Source of the DNA: an uncultured Kordiimonas sp.
GTDB taxonomy: Bacteria > Pseudomonadota > Alphaproteobacteria > Sphingomonadales > Kordiimonadaceae
Assembly (NCBI GenBank): GCA_947492375.1
Contig: CANLMI010000002.1
Span: 185,529-249,528, forward strand
Direction of reading: 5' to 3'
DNA: 64,000 nt
Both the position numbers and the translations under genes were made by a program. Positions 40,790 through 50,087 of this stretch are shown here, piece by piece (the stretch's first letter is position 1; every line of letters begins with the position of its first letter). Under the pieces are notes generated by a model. The model was not told the origin of the DNA, did not search any database, and saw only the letters and a list, made by a program, of their open reading frames with translations.

Positions 40790-43054
40790 TCAAGTATGCA
40801 ATTGATTGGCTAATGGTAATCTACGAATTCGTTTACCACTCGCTGCAAAAATAGCGTTCGTAAATGCTGGTGCAACAGGCGGAACACCCGGCTCACCCAC
40901 ACCACCCGGAGGTCCATCGCTTTCCATGATAGCAACTTCAACATTAGGAACTTCATCAATACGGCACACCTGATAATCATCAAAGTTGCCTTGAACGATT
41001 GCACCGTTCTGTGCTGTAATTTCGCTGTGCATAGCAAGCGAAAGGCCAAACACTACTGCACCTTCCATTTGTGCCTTTACGCGGTCAGGATTAACTGCAA
41101 GGCCGCAATCAACCGCCATCCATGCATCGACGACTTTCACGTCGCCGCTATCAGACATTTCGACCTCAACAGCACTTGCAACATAACTAACGAAACTACG
41201 ATGCACACTTATTCCAACGCCTCGACCTTTTGGCCGCTCACGTTTAAAATCAGACATCTCAGAAACTTTCGCCAGAACAGCTTTAAGGCGTGCGGTATCG
41301 ATTGGAAAATCATCCAAAGTCTGGCCATAGTTACCATACTGCGCCCCATCATCAGCCGGATTCACTTTCCGGTCACTGCCAATTAATTCCATCCAATAAT
41401 CAACAGTGTTAACACCAGCATTATGCGCAAGTTCATCAACAAAAGAACCAAGCGCAAAAGCCTGTTGGATATTAGCAACCGAGCGCATCCAGCCAATACG
41501 AACCTGTTGTTTTGCTTCACCCGCCTCAACCCGGAGGTTATCAACCTCAAACGGCATATCAACAAGGCCAAGGCCCATTTCAAAACCGCCCGGACCCGCC
41601 GAAGCCGTATCAAAGGTGCCGCCAATAGACGGGTAAGCCGTTTTATGATGCCATGCCGTTACACGACCATTTACATCAAGGCCAGCCTTCACACTTTGTG
41701 CTGTGATCGTATGATAATATCCATGTTTGATATCATCTTCACGCATCCAAACCACTTTCACTGGTTTCTTCATATGCGTTGCCAGAAGGGCAGCTTCCAC
41801 AGCAAAGTCAGGCTTGGATTTACGGCCAAAGGCACCGCCTAACAAGGCCGCTTCTACATAAATATCTTCTGGTTTTTGTTTCACGAATGGCGCAACGGTA
41901 TTCTGAACCGACTGAGGGTCCTGACAACTTGTCCAGATATTAAGCTTACCGTCAATCCATTCCGCTGTTGCAGACATAGGCTCCATCGGCGCATGGGCAA
42001 GATGCGGGACAAAATAGTCTGCCTCAAAGGTACTTTCCGCCTCGCCAATCGATTTATCAACATCGCCGCGATTAAGATGATTGGTGCCACCTTTCTTCAC
42101 CGACTGCCATAATTCTTTTTCGTAAACAGCGGTGTCATAGCCACCATTAACGCCGCCGTCGAACTGTGCGTTCAAAGCTTCAACACCTTTTTTCGCTGCC
42201 CATGTATTCGTTGCCACAACTGCAACACCGCCGAGCGGCTTAAAAAGAGCGGGGAATTCTAGCACTGGCATTTCAACAACATCTAACACACCGCTCACCG
42301 CCATCGCAGCCGCTTTGTCATAACTCGTGATTTTACCACCAACCACAGGGGGGCGTGTTACAACGGCAAACAGCATACCTTCACGCTTGATATCCTGACC
42401 AAAATCAGCTGTACCAGTAACGATACCGTCCATATCAATAATTTTCTTCGGCTTACCGACATATTTCCAGTCAGCACGTGATTTAAATTTCAACGCATCA
42501 TCGCTCGGCGCATTTAATTTACTCGCAGCTTCAACAAATTCTGAAAAATCAGCTGAAGCACCTGTTGCCTTATTGATAAGGCGGTGATTCTCAACCCCAA
42601 CCTGATCAACAGACACATTCCACGCGCTTGCAGCAGCTTCCTGCAACATCATGCGTGCGCCAGCACCCGCGCGCCTGAAAGCATCATAGAAACGGCGAAT
42701 GGATGTGGACCCGTCAGTATTTTGGTCGCCAAATTTCTTATCGCCAAAGGCTGGTACAAAATTCAACCGTTCCCAGTCTGCATCCAATTCGTCAGCGATA
42801 ATCATCGGAAGGCCGGTACGACTGCCCTGCCCCATTTCAACCCGGTGAATAAAGATATTCACTGTGCCATCAGGGCTAATCGAGAGATACGCAGAATTTT
42901 TAAGACCATCTTTATGATGCTCGGCCATAACTTCACTCATAGGGCCGAAAGGAATGATATTCGCAGCCACAACCAGACTACCAGTTGCAACCATCCCTCT
43001 CAGGAAGCCACGACGGGAAAAATTATCATTCGAAACATTTTCTATTTTCGTCAT
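40790..43054 (-). CDS. Molybdopterin-binding subunit of an aldehyde oxidase/xanthine dehydrogenase-family enzyme (IorB-like), Tat-exported
   Basis: Twin-arginine signal SRRGFLRGMVATGSL, 754 aa, IorB-type domain order, and a start 3 nt after the 2Fe-2S subunit gene. Confidence 0.85.
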   Translation of the reverse strand: MTKIENVSNDNFSRRGFLRGMVATGSLVVAANIIPFGPMSEVMAEHHKDGLKNSAYLSISPDGTVNIFIHRVEMGQGSRTGLPMIIADELDADWERLNFVPAFGDKKFGDQNTDGSTSIRRFYDAFRRAGAGARMMLQEAAASAWNVSVDQVGVENHRLINKATGASADFSEFVEAASKLNAPSDDALKFKSRADWKYVGKPKKIIDMDGIVTGTADFGQDIKREGMLFAVVTRPPVVGGKITSYDKAAAMAVSGVLDVVEMPVLEFPALFKPLGGVAVVATNTWAAKKGVEALNAQFDGGVNGGYDTAVYEKELWQSVKKGGTNHLNRGDVDKSIGEAESTFEADYFVPHLAHAPMEPMSATAEWIDGKLNIWTSCQDPQSVQNTVAPFVKQKPEDIYVEAALLGGAFGRKSKPDFAVEAALLATHMKKPVKVVWMREDDIKHGYYHTITAQSVKAGLDVNGRVTAWHHKTAYPSIGGTFDTASAGPGGFEMGLGLVDMPFEVDNLRVEAGEAKQQVRIGWMRSVANIQQAFALGSFVDELAHNAGVNTVDYWMELIGSDRKVNPADDGAQYGNYGQTLDDFPIDTARLKAVLAKVSEMSDFKRERPKGRGVGISVHRSFVSYVASAVEVEMSDSGDVKVVDAWMAVDCGLAVNPDRVKAQMEGAVVFGLSLAMHSEITAQNGAIVQGNFDDYQVCRIDEVPNVEVAIMESDGPPGGVGEPGVPPVAPAFTNAIFAASGKRIRRLPLANQLHT

Positions 43055-43056
43055 GT

Positions 43057-43509
43057 CTATGCCTCCTTCGCAACTTGGCGGATAGCATTTTTAATCCGTT
43101 GATACGTGCCGCAGCGACAAATATTACCCCACATCGCTTCTTCAATTTCCTGATCATTCGGGTTTGGATTTTCGCTTAAAAGTGCAGCCGCCTGCATGAT
43201 CTGACCCGCCTGACAGTAACCACATTGTGGCACATCGTTATCAGACCACGCCTGCTGGAGCGCTGATAATGTATCGCCGTCAGCCATACCTTCAATGGTT
43301 TTGACCTTAGCCCCGTCAACATCTTCCATTGGTGTTTGGCAGGATCGGACAGCGATACCATCAACATGGACCGTACAGGCACCGCAAAGGCCCGCGCCAC
43401 AGCCAAATTTTGTACCTGTCATATCTTCGATATCACGTAAGTACCATAAAAGCGGCATCTCATTATCGCCGTCAAATTCAACAGCGCGATCATTCACTTG
43501 AAATTTCAT
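43057..43509 (-). CDS. (2Fe-2S)-binding small subunit (IorA/CoxS-like)
   Basis: Cluster motifs CGAGLCGACTV, CGYCQAGQIM and CRCGTYQRI. I chose the ATG at 43509 (MKFQVN). Confidence 0.9.
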   Translation of the reverse strand: MKFQVNDRAVEFDGDNEMPLLWYLRDIEDMTGTKFGCGAGLCGACTVHVDGIAVRSCQTPMEDVDGAKVKTIEGMADGDTLSALQQAWSDNDVPQCGYCQAGQIMQAAALLSENPNPNDQEIEEAMWGNICRCGTYQRIKNAIRQVAKEA

Positions 43510-43721
43510 TATGTCTTCCCTTCGTGACCCAGTAAATGAAGGTCTATTTCCCATACAATTATAATATACAGATTTTTTATATCGATGGAAATCAACTTGA
43601 GATGATCAGCTATATTTTTTGGACAAGCTGCTGAAAATTGAACATGCCCTCATGCATTACTTGAAACCATACGAAACCCGCATTAGCGTTCTTTGGGTGT
43701 AATTGACATCTGGGAGGGGTT

Positions 43722-45878
43722 ATGACACGCAAAATACTCAGTGCTCTTGGCGGTATCATCTTATTAATCATCATTGGCGGCATGATTTTCACATGGTCAC
43801 CCCACAATAATAATCCAGCCCCCGCAACACTGGCGGCACAAGCGAGGCAATATACCGTTGAAATTCTACGCGATAATTGGGGAGTACCCCATATCTTTGG
43901 TGATCGTGACCGGGATGCGATTTTTGGCTTGGCTTATGCTCACGCAGAAGACGACTTTCAAACAATACAGGAAAGCTTAGCAGCCAGTAGAGGCATTCTT
44001 GCCCGGTATCGTGGCTCTGATGCAGCAACAATCGACTATATCGTTCGCTTGTTTGACGTTTGGGAGACAATTGATCAAAGATACGAAAAAGACGTTCCTG
44101 AAGATGTTAAAGCACTTGCCAATGCCTATGTTGCTGGAATTAATCTTTATGCGTCGGAACACCCGGATAAAGCATGGCAGGGTTTATTCCCTGTTAAACC
44201 ACAGGATTTAATCGCAGGCAGCATTCTTCGCACACCTTTCTTCTACGGCTTAGACGGTGAAATAATGCCGTTATTTGGCGATGAGCGTGCTCAGGAAATT
44301 GCCCTTGATCCAAGTAAGGACCGAGTAGCTTATGCACCAAGCACACGGACGATGGGGGAACGTGGCTCAAACGCGATGGCAGTTTCGGCAAAACGTGCAG
44401 GTGACGGCAAAACAAGGCTTGTTGTAAACTCACATCAACCCTTTTCAGGACCAGTTGCATGGTACGAAGCGCATCTTATCTCCAAGGAAGGGCTGGATAT
44501 ATCCGGCGGCACCTTTCCTGGTAGCATGTTTATTTTGCACGGGTTTAACCGAAACCTTGGGTGGGCCAACACCGTTAACAAACCTGATTTAAGCGATATT
44601 TATGTTCTGACCAGAAATCCAGAAAACGATCAGGAATATCTATTAGACGGTGAATGGGTGCCTTTCACAAAAAAAACAATCACAATACATGTGAAACTAT
44701 TCGGTCCATTTGCCTATCCAGCAAAGCGCGAAATTTTATACAGTAAACATGGCCCAGTTATCGAAAGCAGCCACGGCACATACGCAATCAAATACGCTGG
44801 CCGAGGTGAAATACGGCAACTAGAGCAATATTACCGCTATAATAAAGCCAAAAACCTTGCCGACTTTAAGGCTGCACTTGAAATGCAGGCCCTGCCGAGC
44901 ATCAACTATCTTTATGCGGACAAAGACGGCAATATTGGCTTCGTCCATAACGGTCAGTATCCCGACCGTAAGGAAGGCTGGGATTGGCGAAAGTATCTGC
45001 CAGGTGATCGTTCTGACTTGATTTGGGCCAACTATAAGCCTTTCAGTGATGTGCCAAAGCTTTTCAATCCTGAATCCGGTTTTCTATACAACAGCAACAA
45101 TACACCCTTTTCTGCGACAGATGGCCCTGACAACCTCAAACCAGATCAATTCTCACCCACCATGGGCTTAGAGACAAAAGAGACAAATCGCAGCCTGAGA
45201 ATTCAAGAATTAACAGACGGCGTTAAACTGATAGATGAAACCGAGCTTTTGAAAATCAAATTTGACGCACAATATTCCCAAAACTCCACAGCAGCAGGTG
45301 TCATTAAGGAAATTCTGGAAAAGGATTGGTCTGATGAGCCTGAAATGGCAAAGGCCGCAGAGCATCTGAGAACATGGAATCTTTCAACCAATATCAAAAA
45401 CAAACATGCTGCACTCGGCGTGCTCGCAACAATCCCCAAAGTCACCGAAAGTTTCACTGGTATTAAAGCGCCCAGTGCCGATATGGCCTTTAGGAATGCT
45501 GTCGGGATACTTCAAGCCAACTATGGCAAATTTGACCCGGAATGGGGTGAGGTAAATCGCATTGTTCGCGGGTCTGTTGATCTTCCTGTTGATGGGGGGC
45601 CTGATATCCTGCGGGCGATCTATCCTGAAAAAATCCGTAAAGACGGCAAATTATATGCCTTTGCAGGAGATACCTATATCGCGGTTGTTGAATGGGATGA
45701 GAAAGGTGAAATTTCAGCCAAAGTTATTCACCAGTTTGGCAGCGCTACAAACGATGAAACCTCTGCGCATTATAATGATCAGGTTCCATTGTTTGCCAAC
45801 AAACAGTTCAGGCCAGCCCTTATGGACCGGGATGATATTTTGAATAATCTTGAAAGGCGCTACAGCCCCGGTAAATAG
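43722..45878 (+). CDS. Penicillin-acylase-family Ntn hydrolase (possible acyl-homoserine-lactone or beta-lactam acylase)
   Basis: N-terminal signal/anchor, RDNWGVPHI and AYAHAEDDF motifs, and an autoprocessing site G|SNAMAV with the nucleophile Ser216 at 44367-44369. Confidence 0.85.
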   Translation: MTRKILSALGGIILLIIIGGMIFTWSPHNNNPAPATLAAQARQYTVEILRDNWGVPHIFGDRDRDAIFGLAYAHAEDDFQTIQESLAASRGILARYRGSDAATIDYIVRLFDVWETIDQRYEKDVPEDVKALANAYVAGINLYASEHPDKAWQGLFPVKPQDLIAGSILRTPFFYGLDGEIMPLFGDERAQEIALDPSKDRVAYAPSTRTMGERGSNAMAVSAKRAGDGKTRLVVNSHQPFSGPVAWYEAHLISKEGLDISGGTFPGSMFILHGFNRNLGWANTVNKPDLSDIYVLTRNPENDQEYLLDGEWVPFTKKTITIHVKLFGPFAYPAKREILYSKHGPVIESSHGTYAIKYAGRGEIRQLEQYYRYNKAKNLADFKAALEMQALPSINYLYADKDGNIGFVHNGQYPDRKEGWDWRKYLPGDRSDLIWANYKPFSDVPKLFNPESGFLYNSNNTPFSATDGPDNLKPDQFSPTMGLETKETNRSLRIQELTDGVKLIDETELLKIKFDAQYSQNSTAAGVIKEILEKDWSDEPEMAKAAEHLRTWNLSTNIKNKHAALGVLATIPKVTESFTGIKAPSADMAFRNAVGILQANYGKFDPEWGEVNRIVRGSVDLPVDGGPDILRAIYPEKIRKDGKLYAFAGDTYIAVVEWDEKGEISAKVIHQFGSATNDETSAHYNDQVPLFANKQFRPALMDRDDILNNLERRYSPGK

Positions 45879-45891
45879 CTCTAATAAACAC

Positions 45892-45918
45892 AAAAAAGGC
45901 CCCAACATTGGGGCCTTT
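45892..45918. terminator. Bidirectional rho-independent terminator between the convergent acylase and MBL genes
   Basis: Stem AAAGGCCCC/GGGGCCTTT with a short loop, an A-run upstream and a T-run downstream. Confidence 0.8.
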
Positions 45919-45937
45919 GGTCATTATGAAAATGACC

Positions 45938-46777
45938 CTAATCCAGATACTGAGGAATTTGTGGCATTGCATCAAAATCAACGATAACGTGCTGGATCAC
46001 AACGCGTGCATTTGTCGCCTTAGCCAATGCTTCAAACTTTTCAATCGAGGCACGTGTATCATCGGCATTCGTGTTAAACCGAGGTACAGTTTTAAGTTCA
46101 CGCGATTCATGTAAATGGTATAAATCACCTGAAAGCAAAACCGTTCCGGCATTCTTTAGTTCCAGTTTCAAAACTGAATGGCCCGGTGTATGGCCAACCA
46201 TCGGAATAATTTCCACTGAACCATCGCCGAAAACATCATGCGGTGTGTTGAAGGTTGTTTTTGTCGAACTTTCAAGCTTGTTATAAGCTGAAAATGATTG
46301 AGCATTAGCACGAGATGCATCACTGAACATCAACTCATACTCTTTTTCATGCACAATCCATGTTGAAGCAGCATAATCGTTCAGATTTGCGACATGATCA
46401 AAATGCGAGTGCGAGATTGACACATACCTAATTTCCTCAGGCTTTACACCGATCTCAGCGAGTTGCCCCTTCAAGGTTTTAGGACGTTCTATGTGAAACG
46501 GGCCGTTAGTGACACCGCCCTTTTGCTCATGAAGCACCTCTGGTAGCCCGGTATCCCATAAAAGGTCACCTTTTGGGTGGCGAATTAAATAACAAGCATC
46601 AGCAGCAGAATTTTTCCGTCCTTTGAAGGCCCCATTATCGGCAAACAGGTCTAGGTCAAGCATTTCAATCCGACCACAATCAAGCGTATATAGTTTCACG
46701 CTATCTTCTGCTGAAACAATATTAGCTGTCATAATCGAAGCCAGAAATGCCCCTAGTGCCAGTATATTCTTTTTCAT
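45938..46777 (-). CDS. Secreted metallo-beta-lactamase-fold hydrolase, N-acyl-homoserine-lactonase-like
   Basis: Signal peptide MKKNILALGAFLASIMTANIVSA, zinc motif HSHFDH (46394-46411), and downstream GHTPGH and D..H residues. Confidence 0.7.
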   Translation of the reverse strand: MKKNILALGAFLASIMTANIVSAEDSVKLYTLDCGRIEMLDLDLFADNGAFKGRKNSAADACYLIRHPKGDLLWDTGLPEVLHEQKGGVTNGPFHIERPKTLKGQLAEIGVKPEEIRYVSISHSHFDHVANLNDYAASTWIVHEKEYELMFSDASRANAQSFSAYNKLESSTKTTFNTPHDVFGDGSVEIIPMVGHTPGHSVLKLELKNAGTVLLSGDLYHLHESRELKTVPRFNTNADDTRASIEKFEALAKATNARVVIQHVIVDFDAMPQIPQYLD

Positions 46778-46845
46778 AATCTAAACTCCCGTATCACATT
46801 AACAACCCCAAGAACTTACAGAATAAATTTATACCTGCGTATATT

Positions 46846-47232
46846 TTATCCATAAAATATATTTGCCGCCAAAAAGGCAAAGAAGAACCCCACCACATAA
46901 GCCAAAACCGATATGAATAAAATCAACTTTGACAATTTTCGCACACGCTTACATGCCTGCGCTTCTTTAGGGTCAATCGGGCACGGGTCCTTTCTTGATC
47001 GCCACATCGCATAACATGCCGTTACAAGCATCAACCCCGCCACAGTAAAAACAACATTTTTATGTTCCGACAAAAAGACAATCTGCGGAACAGCCGATAC
47101 GAGGCCCGCAGTCACAGCCCCCATTCCAAGCGTTACAAAAAGCGCCGGAAGCGCACAGCAAACAAGCGTACTGACACTTGTAAATAATGCCAGTATAGGT
47201 GTTCCTGCTCCTTTTAACGTTTTTAAAGACAT
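46846..47232 (-). CDS. MerT-like inner-membrane thiophilic-metal transporter
   Basis: Three TM segments, a vicinal CC in TM1 (LVCCALPALF, compare MerT ACCLGPLVL), a second Cys pair in the loop (DPCPIDPKEAQAC) and a terminal FY. I chose the ATG at 47232, which gives TAA-CCCC-ATG after the upstream gene, rather than 47310. Confidence 0.6.
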   Translation of the reverse strand: MSLKTLKGAGTPILALFTSVSTLVCCALPALFVTLGMGAVTAGLVSAVPQIVFLSEHKNVVFTVAGLMLVTACYAMWRSRKDPCPIDPKEAQACKRVRKLSKLILFISVLAYVVGFFFAFLAANIFYG

Positions 47233-47236
47233 GGGG

Positions 47237-47620
47237 TTACTGCCCCCCGCTTGTATCAACTGATGCTGTATATCGATTAATTTCAACAACATTGTATCCA
47301 CTATCCACAATCATTTTAGAGAGAAGCTGGTCTTCCAAAATGCCGTTCTCTTTAAGAGCCACTTCAACTATCTTATTTTTCAAGTCTACTGCAATATCAG
47401 CGACAGCTTCATGCTTGCGAAATACACGATCAATAGCTTGCGCGCAGAAATCACAAACCAAACCATTCACATCAACTCTTATGATATCGCCGCCTGCGTC
47501 TTCAACTTTGAGATCAGGGATATGTTCTAATATTTCCCCTTTATGAGTATGTGATTGTTCCTGCGCATAAACCGTAAGTGTGGTTACAAGTGCCAGTAAA
47601 ATACCAACTATCATTTTCAT
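47237..47620 (-). CDS. Periplasmic heavy-metal-associated (HMA, MerP/CopZ-like) protein
   Basis: Signal peptide, a His-rich stretch HTHKGEILEH, and a ferredoxin-like HMA fold with GLVCDFC in place of GMTCxxC. Confidence 0.75.
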   Translation of the reverse strand: MKMIVGILLALVTTLTVYAQEQSHTHKGEILEHIPDLKVEDAGGDIIRVDVNGLVCDFCAQAIDRVFRKHEAVADIAVDLKNKIVEVALKENGILEDQLLSKMIVDSGYNVVEINRYTASVDTSGGQ

Positions 47621-47633
47621 ATGTATGCCTCCG

Positions 47634-48293
47634 TTAAAATCTTACAGTTGCGCTCAAGCGCGCCTCACCGCGGTCTGATATTCCCGCTTCAAACATAAAC
47701 CGTGATTTGAAAAAACGAACGAGCGGTGTCACCGAAAACTCGTCTTCATTTTCAGGTCGATGAGCTATCTCAACCATCAGCCATGTATGTAATTCGCCGT
47801 AATCTGCAACATAGGGGGCAACGCCCAATCGGGCGACCTGTTCAAAACGATCAGGGATAGTATCAACAAAGTTGCCGCGCACACTGTAACTGGTAAAAAG
47901 TCGGCGGGTTTCCCAATCAGCCGACGCTTTTAAAAACCCTGCAATTTGGGCGTTACCATTTGGTGTAAAATCGTCGGTGCCGGAATTAAAGGCAGCACCA
48001 AGCCCTGATGTGAAATAAAGATTGGCCTGACTATCACGCGTGTTCCACCGCTTTAACAAGCGGGTATACTGCCCGCCATAAAAAACCGTATTCAAGTCAC
48101 GATTGCGCTCTACCAGCCCACCAAGGCTGTATTTCGCAGTTGGCGAATAATGAAACAGCAGACTGTCACCAACACCCGTTGTATTCCAAATTAAAGTCCA
48201 GCCACCGGGGTATGATACTGGCCTTGCTGTCACACTCAGCGACATTAAGCTTACCAAGAATGCACCCAAAATAGTGCAATATATTTTCCGCAT
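47634..48293 (-). CDS. Predicted outer-membrane beta-barrel protein of unknown family
   Basis: Signal peptide, alternating beta-strand pattern and a C-terminal ...LSATVRF. It ends 13 nt before the HMA gene's start. Confidence 0.5.
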   Translation of the reverse strand: MRKIYCTILGAFLVSLMSLSVTARPVSYPGGWTLIWNTTGVGDSLLFHYSPTAKYSLGGLVERNRDLNTVFYGGQYTRLLKRWNTRDSQANLYFTSGLGAAFNSGTDDFTPNGNAQIAGFLKASADWETRRLFTSYSVRGNFVDTIPDRFEQVARLGVAPYVADYGELHTWLMVEIAHRPENEDEFSVTPLVRFFKSRFMFEAGISDRGEARLSATVRF

Positions 48294-48346
48294 AAATTCC
48301 TCTTACTTTGATATTTATCAGTTGCCCAAACCGAGCATGATTATCT

Positions 48347-48685
48347 TCAAAGTAAGTTTTTAGGGGGGGGAGAAATGGGTAAGAGTTGAAAGCCTGTAGC
48401 TTCATTTACCGAAAAAATATCAATATGGCTATCAACACTGAAGAACTGATAGCCATCTATATAAAGGAAATAGCTTGATGAACTATGTTGTAATAATGAA
48501 CACTCACATGCGCATTCATCACCACAGCAATTCATGTTCATATCGCTATCCAGGTCACTATTTGAGAGCGTTTGGTGATTTTCACACGGCATATCCGCCA
48601 TAGGCGTTAGCCCGGCATCACGCGCAGATACCGGGTTGCTTATTAAATTAAAGCACAGAACGCCTATGAATATAATAAATCGCAT
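48347..48685 (-). CDS. Small secreted cysteine-rich protein (uncharacterised)
   Basis: Signal peptide MRFIIFIGVLCFNLISNPVSA and the Cys cluster PCENH...NCCGDECACECS. It is the first gene of the co-oriented metal cluster. Confidence 0.45.
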   Translation of the reverse strand: MRFIIFIGVLCFNLISNPVSARDAGLTPMADMPCENHQTLSNSDLDSDMNMNCCGDECACECSLLQHSSSSYFLYIDGYQFFSVDSHIDIFSVNEATGFQLLPISPPPKNLL

Positions 48686-48730
48686 AACTATAAATATAAA
48701 TTACTCATGCTCATGTTGCCAAATGAAATC

Positions 48731-48754
48731 TGTGTGAGCATTTCAACTCACACA
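48731..48754 (-). terminator. Perfect 8-bp hairpin downstream of the saccharopine-dehydrogenase-like gene and upstream of the Cys-rich gene
   Basis: Stem TGTGTGAG/CTCACACA with an 8-nt loop. On the minus strand only a weak T-tract follows (GATTTCATTT), so it could be a terminator or an operator. Confidence 0.4.
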
Positions 48755-48761
48755 CACAAAA

Positions 48762-49940
48762 TTACCCTTCAATCCTGAATGTCAGGCCAGCGTTAGCAAT
48801 AAGGCGATCAATAAGCTTTTGGCCCATAGCAGGTGCTGGCGTCCAAACACCGCCAGGCGTCTCAGTAGCATCCTTCACCAAACAAATTGCGCTTTCAGCA
48901 ATCATCTTGGATGTAGAACCATACCCCGGGTCTTTATCCCCTGTCACGCCTACATGGATACGATCGCCGCCTTCATCGATACCGACAAATAGAACATCAT
49001 AAAAGCCGTTTTCCCGCTCTTCTTTATCAGGGCCTTCGCCAGGCTTTGGTCCGTCATCACTTGCAAGTGATTTATCGGATGCAACAGCCTTTGCGATGGC
49101 TTCCCCTTGATCACCTGGGCCGGTTAGCATCATCTCATCATAAACAAAGTTTTCGCCGTATGCATGATCCAAAAGCATATTAGAGCGATGGATATTACGA
49201 GTATTGATAGCTGCCATAACAAAAGGTGCCACCCAACTTTGCATATCATCTTCAAAAATAACCTGTGCACCAGATGGCTGTTTAACCCCAGTAAACCCGG
49301 GTGTTAATGAAAACGGGTTTTTCAAAACCTCAAGAATTTCAGGGTTTTGCATCGCGGCCGCCATCGTGGCCTTAAGGCTTGCCGCTGTACCACCAGAGAA
49401 GGTGCCCTTCATTTTCCGTACACGGCCTTTTACGCGGTCAACAACATGGCCAAACTTTTCTTTTGCTGCTTCCTGAAGGTAATAAACCCCCAAATCGAAA
49501 GGAATAGAATCAAAACCACAGGAAAAGACAATACGAGCGCCAGTTTCTTTAGCCTGATCACCGTATTCTTTGATCATCTCATGCATCCATGCAGGCTCAC
49601 CGCAAAGATCAACATAATCAGTACCGCACTCAACACAGGCGGCAACTAGATCAGAGCCATAAAGCTGGTAAGGACCAACTGTTGTTAAAACAACCTTGGT
49701 ACGTTTTGCCATTTCGCGAATTGATGCAGGATCATTTGCGTCAGCAACAACAAACGGAGTTTCGATTGGCGCCGCAATTTCATCACGCACCAGAGCCAGT
49801 TTTTCAAAACTGCGGCCAGCCATAGCCCATTTAACATCAGCCCCAACGCCGTATTGCGCCGCAAGATATTCAGCAACTAATCGACCAGTAAATCCAGTAG
49901 CACCATAAACAATTACATCAAACTCTTTCGAAACAGACAT
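48762..49940 (-). CDS. Saccharopine-dehydrogenase-family NAD(P)-binding protein
   Basis: N-terminal Rossmann motif DVIVYGATGFTGRLVAEYL, 392 aa, with family-typical architecture. Confidence 0.8.
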   Translation of the reverse strand: MSVSKEFDVIVYGATGFTGRLVAEYLAAQYGVGADVKWAMAGRSFEKLALVRDEIAAPIETPFVVADANDPASIREMAKRTKVVLTTVGPYQLYGSDLVAACVECGTDYVDLCGEPAWMHEMIKEYGDQAKETGARIVFSCGFDSIPFDLGVYYLQEAAKEKFGHVVDRVKGRVRKMKGTFSGGTAASLKATMAAAMQNPEILEVLKNPFSLTPGFTGVKQPSGAQVIFEDDMQSWVAPFVMAAINTRNIHRSNMLLDHAYGENFVYDEMMLTGPGDQGEAIAKAVASDKSLASDDGPKPGEGPDKEERENGFYDVLFVGIDEGGDRIHVGVTGDKDPGYGSTSKMIAESAICLVKDATETPGGVWTPAPAMGQKLIDRLIANAGLTFRIEG

Positions 49941-50087
49941 CGTCGTCTCCGATCTTATCTTAAATTTTTAATGTGTCGTATTATTTCAGCTTATCCAAAT
50001 CACAGTTATCGGTCTAGGTCAAATACTCTCTAGGCAAACGAATGATTTATGTAGTAGCTTTTTTCAAGCAACGAATTGGGGAACTCT

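Noticed and set aside
42584-43102. A 172-aa plus-strand ORF, with similar antisense ORFs at 20106-20579, 40991-41386 and 41423-41842
   Set aside because: All lie antisense within long, well-supported genes (the IorB-like subunit and cheA) and carry no family signal.
48363-48370. A G8/C8 homopolymer inside the 3' end of the Cys-rich ORF, as a possible phase-variation tract
   Set aside because: It encodes the PPP of the last nine codons, so slippage would alter only the extreme C-terminus. A single tract of eight bases, with no sign of variability, is weak evidence.
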